DNA of 64,000 nucleotides from Escherichia coli (GTDB lineage Bacteria; Pseudomonadota; Gammaproteobacteria; Enterobacterales; Enterobacteriaceae): NCBI RefSeq assembly GCF_044647545.1, contig NZ_CP172818.1; one strand, 5' to 3'. Shown piece by piece: positions 61,224 to 64,000 of this stretch (position 1 is its first letter; each line of letters starts with the position of its first letter). The notes under the pieces were generated by a model. It saw only the letters and a program-made list of their open reading frames with translations, ran no database searches and was not told where the DNA came from. The position numbers and the translations under genes were made by a program.

Positions 61224-62144
61224 ATGTTAAAATTTATTCTACGTCGCTGTCTGGAAGCGATTCCGACGCTATTTATTCTTATTACTATTTCGTTCTTCAT
61301 GATGCGCCTCGCGCCGGGCAGTCCTTTTACCGGCGAACGTACTTTACCACCGGAAGTGATGGCCAATATCGAAGCGAAATATCATCTTAATGATCCGATC
61401 ATGACACAGTATTTCAGCTACCTGAAACAACTGGCGCATGGCGATTTCGGTCCATCGTTTAAATATAAAGATTATTCGGTCAATGACCTGGTTGCATCCA
61501 GTTTTCCCGTTTCTGCCAAACTGGGAGCCGCAGCATTTTTCCTTGCGGTAATACTGGGTGTTAGTGCTGGCGTTATTGCCGCATTAAAACAAAACACCAA
61601 ATGGGACTATACCGTGATGGGGCTGGCAATGACCGGGGTTGTTATCCCCAGTTTTGTGGTTGCGCCATTATTAGTCATGATATTTGCGATCATTTTGCAT
61701 TGGCTGCCGGGCGGTGGCTGGAATGGTGGTGCGCTTAAATTCATGATACTGCCAATGGTGGCGTTGTCACTCGCCTATATCGCCAGTATTGCGCGTATTA
61801 CCCGTGGCTCTATGATTGAAGTATTACACTCCAACTTTATTCGTACTGCCCGGGCGAAAGGGTTACCTATGCGGCGGATCATTTTACGCCACGCATTAAA
61901 ACCTGCTCTGTTACCCGTGCTCTCCTATATGGGCCCTGCATTTGTCGGCATTATTACCGGTTCTATGGTCATCGAAACCATTTATGGTTTGCCGGGGATT
62001 GGGCAATTGTTCGTTAATGGTGCATTGAACCGTGACTATTCCTTAGTGTTAAGCCTGACCATCCTGGTTGGTGCTTTAACCATTTTGTTTAATGCCATTG
62101 TCGATGTGCTATATGCGGTTATCGACCCGAAAATCCGTTACTGA
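61224..62144 (+). CDS. oppB: Oligopeptide ABC transporter permease
   Basis: 306-aa ORF recognised as OppB. Confidence 0.95.
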   Translation: MLKFILRRCLEAIPTLFILITISFFMMRLAPGSPFTGERTLPPEVMANIEAKYHLNDPIMTQYFSYLKQLAHGDFGPSFKYKDYSVNDLVASSFPVSAKLGAAAFFLAVILGVSAGVIAALKQNTKWDYTVMGLAMTGVVIPSFVVAPLLVMIFAIILHWLPGGGWNGGALKFMILPMVALSLAYIASIARITRGSMIEVLHSNFIRTARAKGLPMRRIILRHALKPALLPVLSYMGPAFVGIITGSMVIETIYGLPGIGQLFVNGALNRDYSLVLSLTILVGALTILFNAIVDVLYAVIDPKIRY

Positions 62145-62158
62145 TACTGGAGCTCGCG

Positions 62159-63067
62159 ATGATGTTAAGTAAGAAAAACAGCGAGACGCTGGAAAATTTC
62201 AGTGAAAAGCTGGAGGTCGAAGGGCGCAGCTTGTGGCAGGACGCACGTCGACGTTTTATGCATAACCGTGCGGCGGTTGCCAGTCTGATAGTGCTGGTGC
62301 TGATCGCGTTATTTGTCATCCTGGCACCGATGCTTTCGCAGTTTGCCTATGACGATACTGACTGGGCGATGATGTCCAGCGCCCCGGATATGGAGTCCGG
62401 TCACTACTTTGGTACTGACTCATCTGGTCGCGACCTGCTTGTGCGCGTTGCGATTGGCGGGCGTATCTCACTCATGGTCGGTGTTGCTGCGGCACTGGTG
62501 GCAGTGGTCGTGGGGACACTTTATGGTTCGCTTTCCGGTTATCTGGGCGGTAAAGTGGATTCGGTAATGATGCGTCTGCTGGAAATCCTCAACTCCTTCC
62601 CATTCATGTTCTTCGTCATTTTGCTGGTGACCTTTTTCGGTCAAAACATCCTGCTGATTTTCGTGGCGATTGGCATGGTTTCCTGGCTGGATATGGCTCG
62701 TATTGTGCGTGGGCAAACCCTGAGTCTGAAGCGCAAAGAGTTTATTGAGGCGGCACAAGTTGGCGGTGTATCGACGCCGGGCATTGTTATTCGCCACATT
62801 GTGCCGAACGTACTCGGTGTGGTGGTGGTCTACGCATCGCTATTGGTGCCCAGCATGATCCTCTTTGAATCTTTCCTTAGCTTCCTGGGGTTGGGGACGC
62901 AAGAGCCGTTAAGCAGCTGGGGCGCATTGCTGAGTGATGGCGCGAACTCGATGGAAGTCTCTCCATGGTTACTGTTGTTCCCAGCGGGATTCCTCGTGGT
63001 GACGCTATTTTGTTTCAACTTTATCGGCGATGGCTTGCGTGATGCCCTCGACCCGAAAGATCGTTAA
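62159..63067 (+). CDS. oppC: Oligopeptide ABC transporter permease
   Basis: 302-aa ORF recognised as OppC. Confidence 0.95.
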   Translation: MMLSKKNSETLENFSEKLEVEGRSLWQDARRRFMHNRAAVASLIVLVLIALFVILAPMLSQFAYDDTDWAMMSSAPDMESGHYFGTDSSGRDLLVRVAIGGRISLMVGVAAALVAVVVGTLYGSLSGYLGGKVDSVMMRLLEILNSFPFMFFVILLVTFFGQNILLIFVAIGMVSWLDMARIVRGQTLSLKRKEFIEAAQVGGVSTPGIVIRHIVPNVLGVVVVYASLLVPSMILFESFLSFLGLGTQEPLSSWGALLSDGANSMEVSPWLLLFPAGFLVVTLFCFNFIGDGLRDALDPKDR

Positions 63068-63078
63068 GGAGTGCAGCC

Positions 63079-64000
63079 ATGAGCGTAATTGAAACTGCAA
63101 CTGTGCCGCTCGCACAACAACAGGCTGACGCACTGCTGAACGTGAAAGATTTGCGTGTCACCTTTAATACCCCGGACGGCGACGTCACGGCGGTCAATGA
63201 TCTGAATTTTTCCCTACGTGCCGGAGAAACGCTGGGCATCGTAGGTGAGTCTGGTTCGGGCAAATCGCAAACCGCATTTGCGTTGATGGGCCTGTTGGCT
63301 GCCAACGGACGTATTGGCGGATCGGCAACCTTCAATGGGCGTGAAATCCTCAATTTGCCAGAGCGTGAACTCAATAAACTGCGAGCTGAACAAATCTCAA
63401 TGATTTTTCAGGACCCAATGACTTCGTTGAATCCCTATATGCGCGTCGGTGAGCAGTTGATGGAAGTGCTGATGCTGCATAAGAACATGAGCAAAGCTGA
63501 GGCGTTTGAAGAGTCGGTGCGGATGCTCGATGCGGTAAAAATGCCGGAAGCGCGTAAACGCATGAAAATGTACCCGCACGAATTTTCTGGCGGCATGCGT
63601 CAGCGAGTCATGATTGCGATGGCATTGCTATGTCGACCTAAGCTGCTGATTGCGGATGAACCCACTACTGCGCTGGACGTCACCGTACAGGCGCAGATCA
63701 TGACGCTATTGAATGAACTGAAGCGGGAATTTAATACCGCCATCATTATGATCACCCACGATCTTGGCGTGGTGGCGGGGATCTGCGACAAAGTGCTGGT
63801 AATGTACGCCGGGCGCACGATGGAATATGGCAACGCGCGCGATGTCTTTTATCAACCCGTTCATCCTTATTCTATCGGTTTGCTCAACGCGGTGCCGCGT
63901 CTCGATGCGGAAGGTGAAACAATGTTGACTATTCCGGGTAATCCGCCAAACCTGCTGCGATTACCGAAAGGTTGCCCGTTCCAGCCACGTTGTCCGCATG
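63079..64000 (+). CDS. oppD: Oligopeptide ABC transporter ATP-binding protein, 5' part (runs off the window end)
   Basis: ATG at 63079 with AGGAG RBS; frame open to base 64000; Walker A GESGSGKSQ visible. Not in the ORF track because there is no in-window stop. Confidence 0.9.
   Translation, partial: MSVIETATVPLAQQQADALLNVKDLRVTFNTPDGDVTAVNDLNFSLRAGETLGIVGESGSGKSQTAFALMGLLAANGRIGGSATFNGREILNLPERELNKLRAEQISMIFQDPMTSLNPYMRVGEQLMEVLMLHKNMSKAEAFEESVRMLDAVKMPEARKRMKMYPHEFSGGMRQRVMIAMALLCRPKLLIADEPTTALDVTVQAQIMTLLNELKREFNTAIIMITHDLGVVAGICDKVLVMYAGRTMEYGNARDVFYQPVHPYSIGLLNAVPRLDAEGETMLTIPGNPPNLLRLPKGCPFQPRCPH

Overview
This 64 kb window reads as one contiguous stretch of enterobacterial (Escherichia coli / Shigella-type) core chromosome; I found no evidence of a novel multi-gene system, and most of it is ordinary, well-characterised housekeeping DNA. 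Gene order is: 3' end of dadX, cvrA, ldcA, emtA, ycgR, ymgE, treA, the dhaKLM / dhaR dihydroxyacetone kinase locus, a ycgV-like autotransporter gene broken into five reading frames, ychF, pth, ychH, dauA, prs, ispE, lolB, hemA, prfA, prmC, sirB2, sirB1, kdsA, a tandem ldr/rdl type I toxin-antitoxin long-direct-repeat (LDR) array, chaA, chaB, chaC, ychN, ychO, narL, narX, narK, narGHJI, two tandem tRNA-Tyr genes with the classic tyrT promoter, purU, ychJ, rssA, rssB, galU, hns, tdk, a fragmented transposase remnant, adhE, ychE, oppA, oppB, oppC and the 5' part of oppD. The parts worth a second look are the frame-disrupted autotransporter, the LDR array (two intact units flanking a heavily degenerate, G-depleted third copy), the transposase scar between tdk and adhE, and the compact tRNA-Tyr tandem. 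All calls rest on recognising the supplied translations and DNA motifs by eye; no database search or folding computation was run. The ORF track reports the longest ORF including non-ATG starts, so several gene starts were moved to internal ATG/GTG codons with Shine-Dalgarno support. CDS coordinates include the stop codon.
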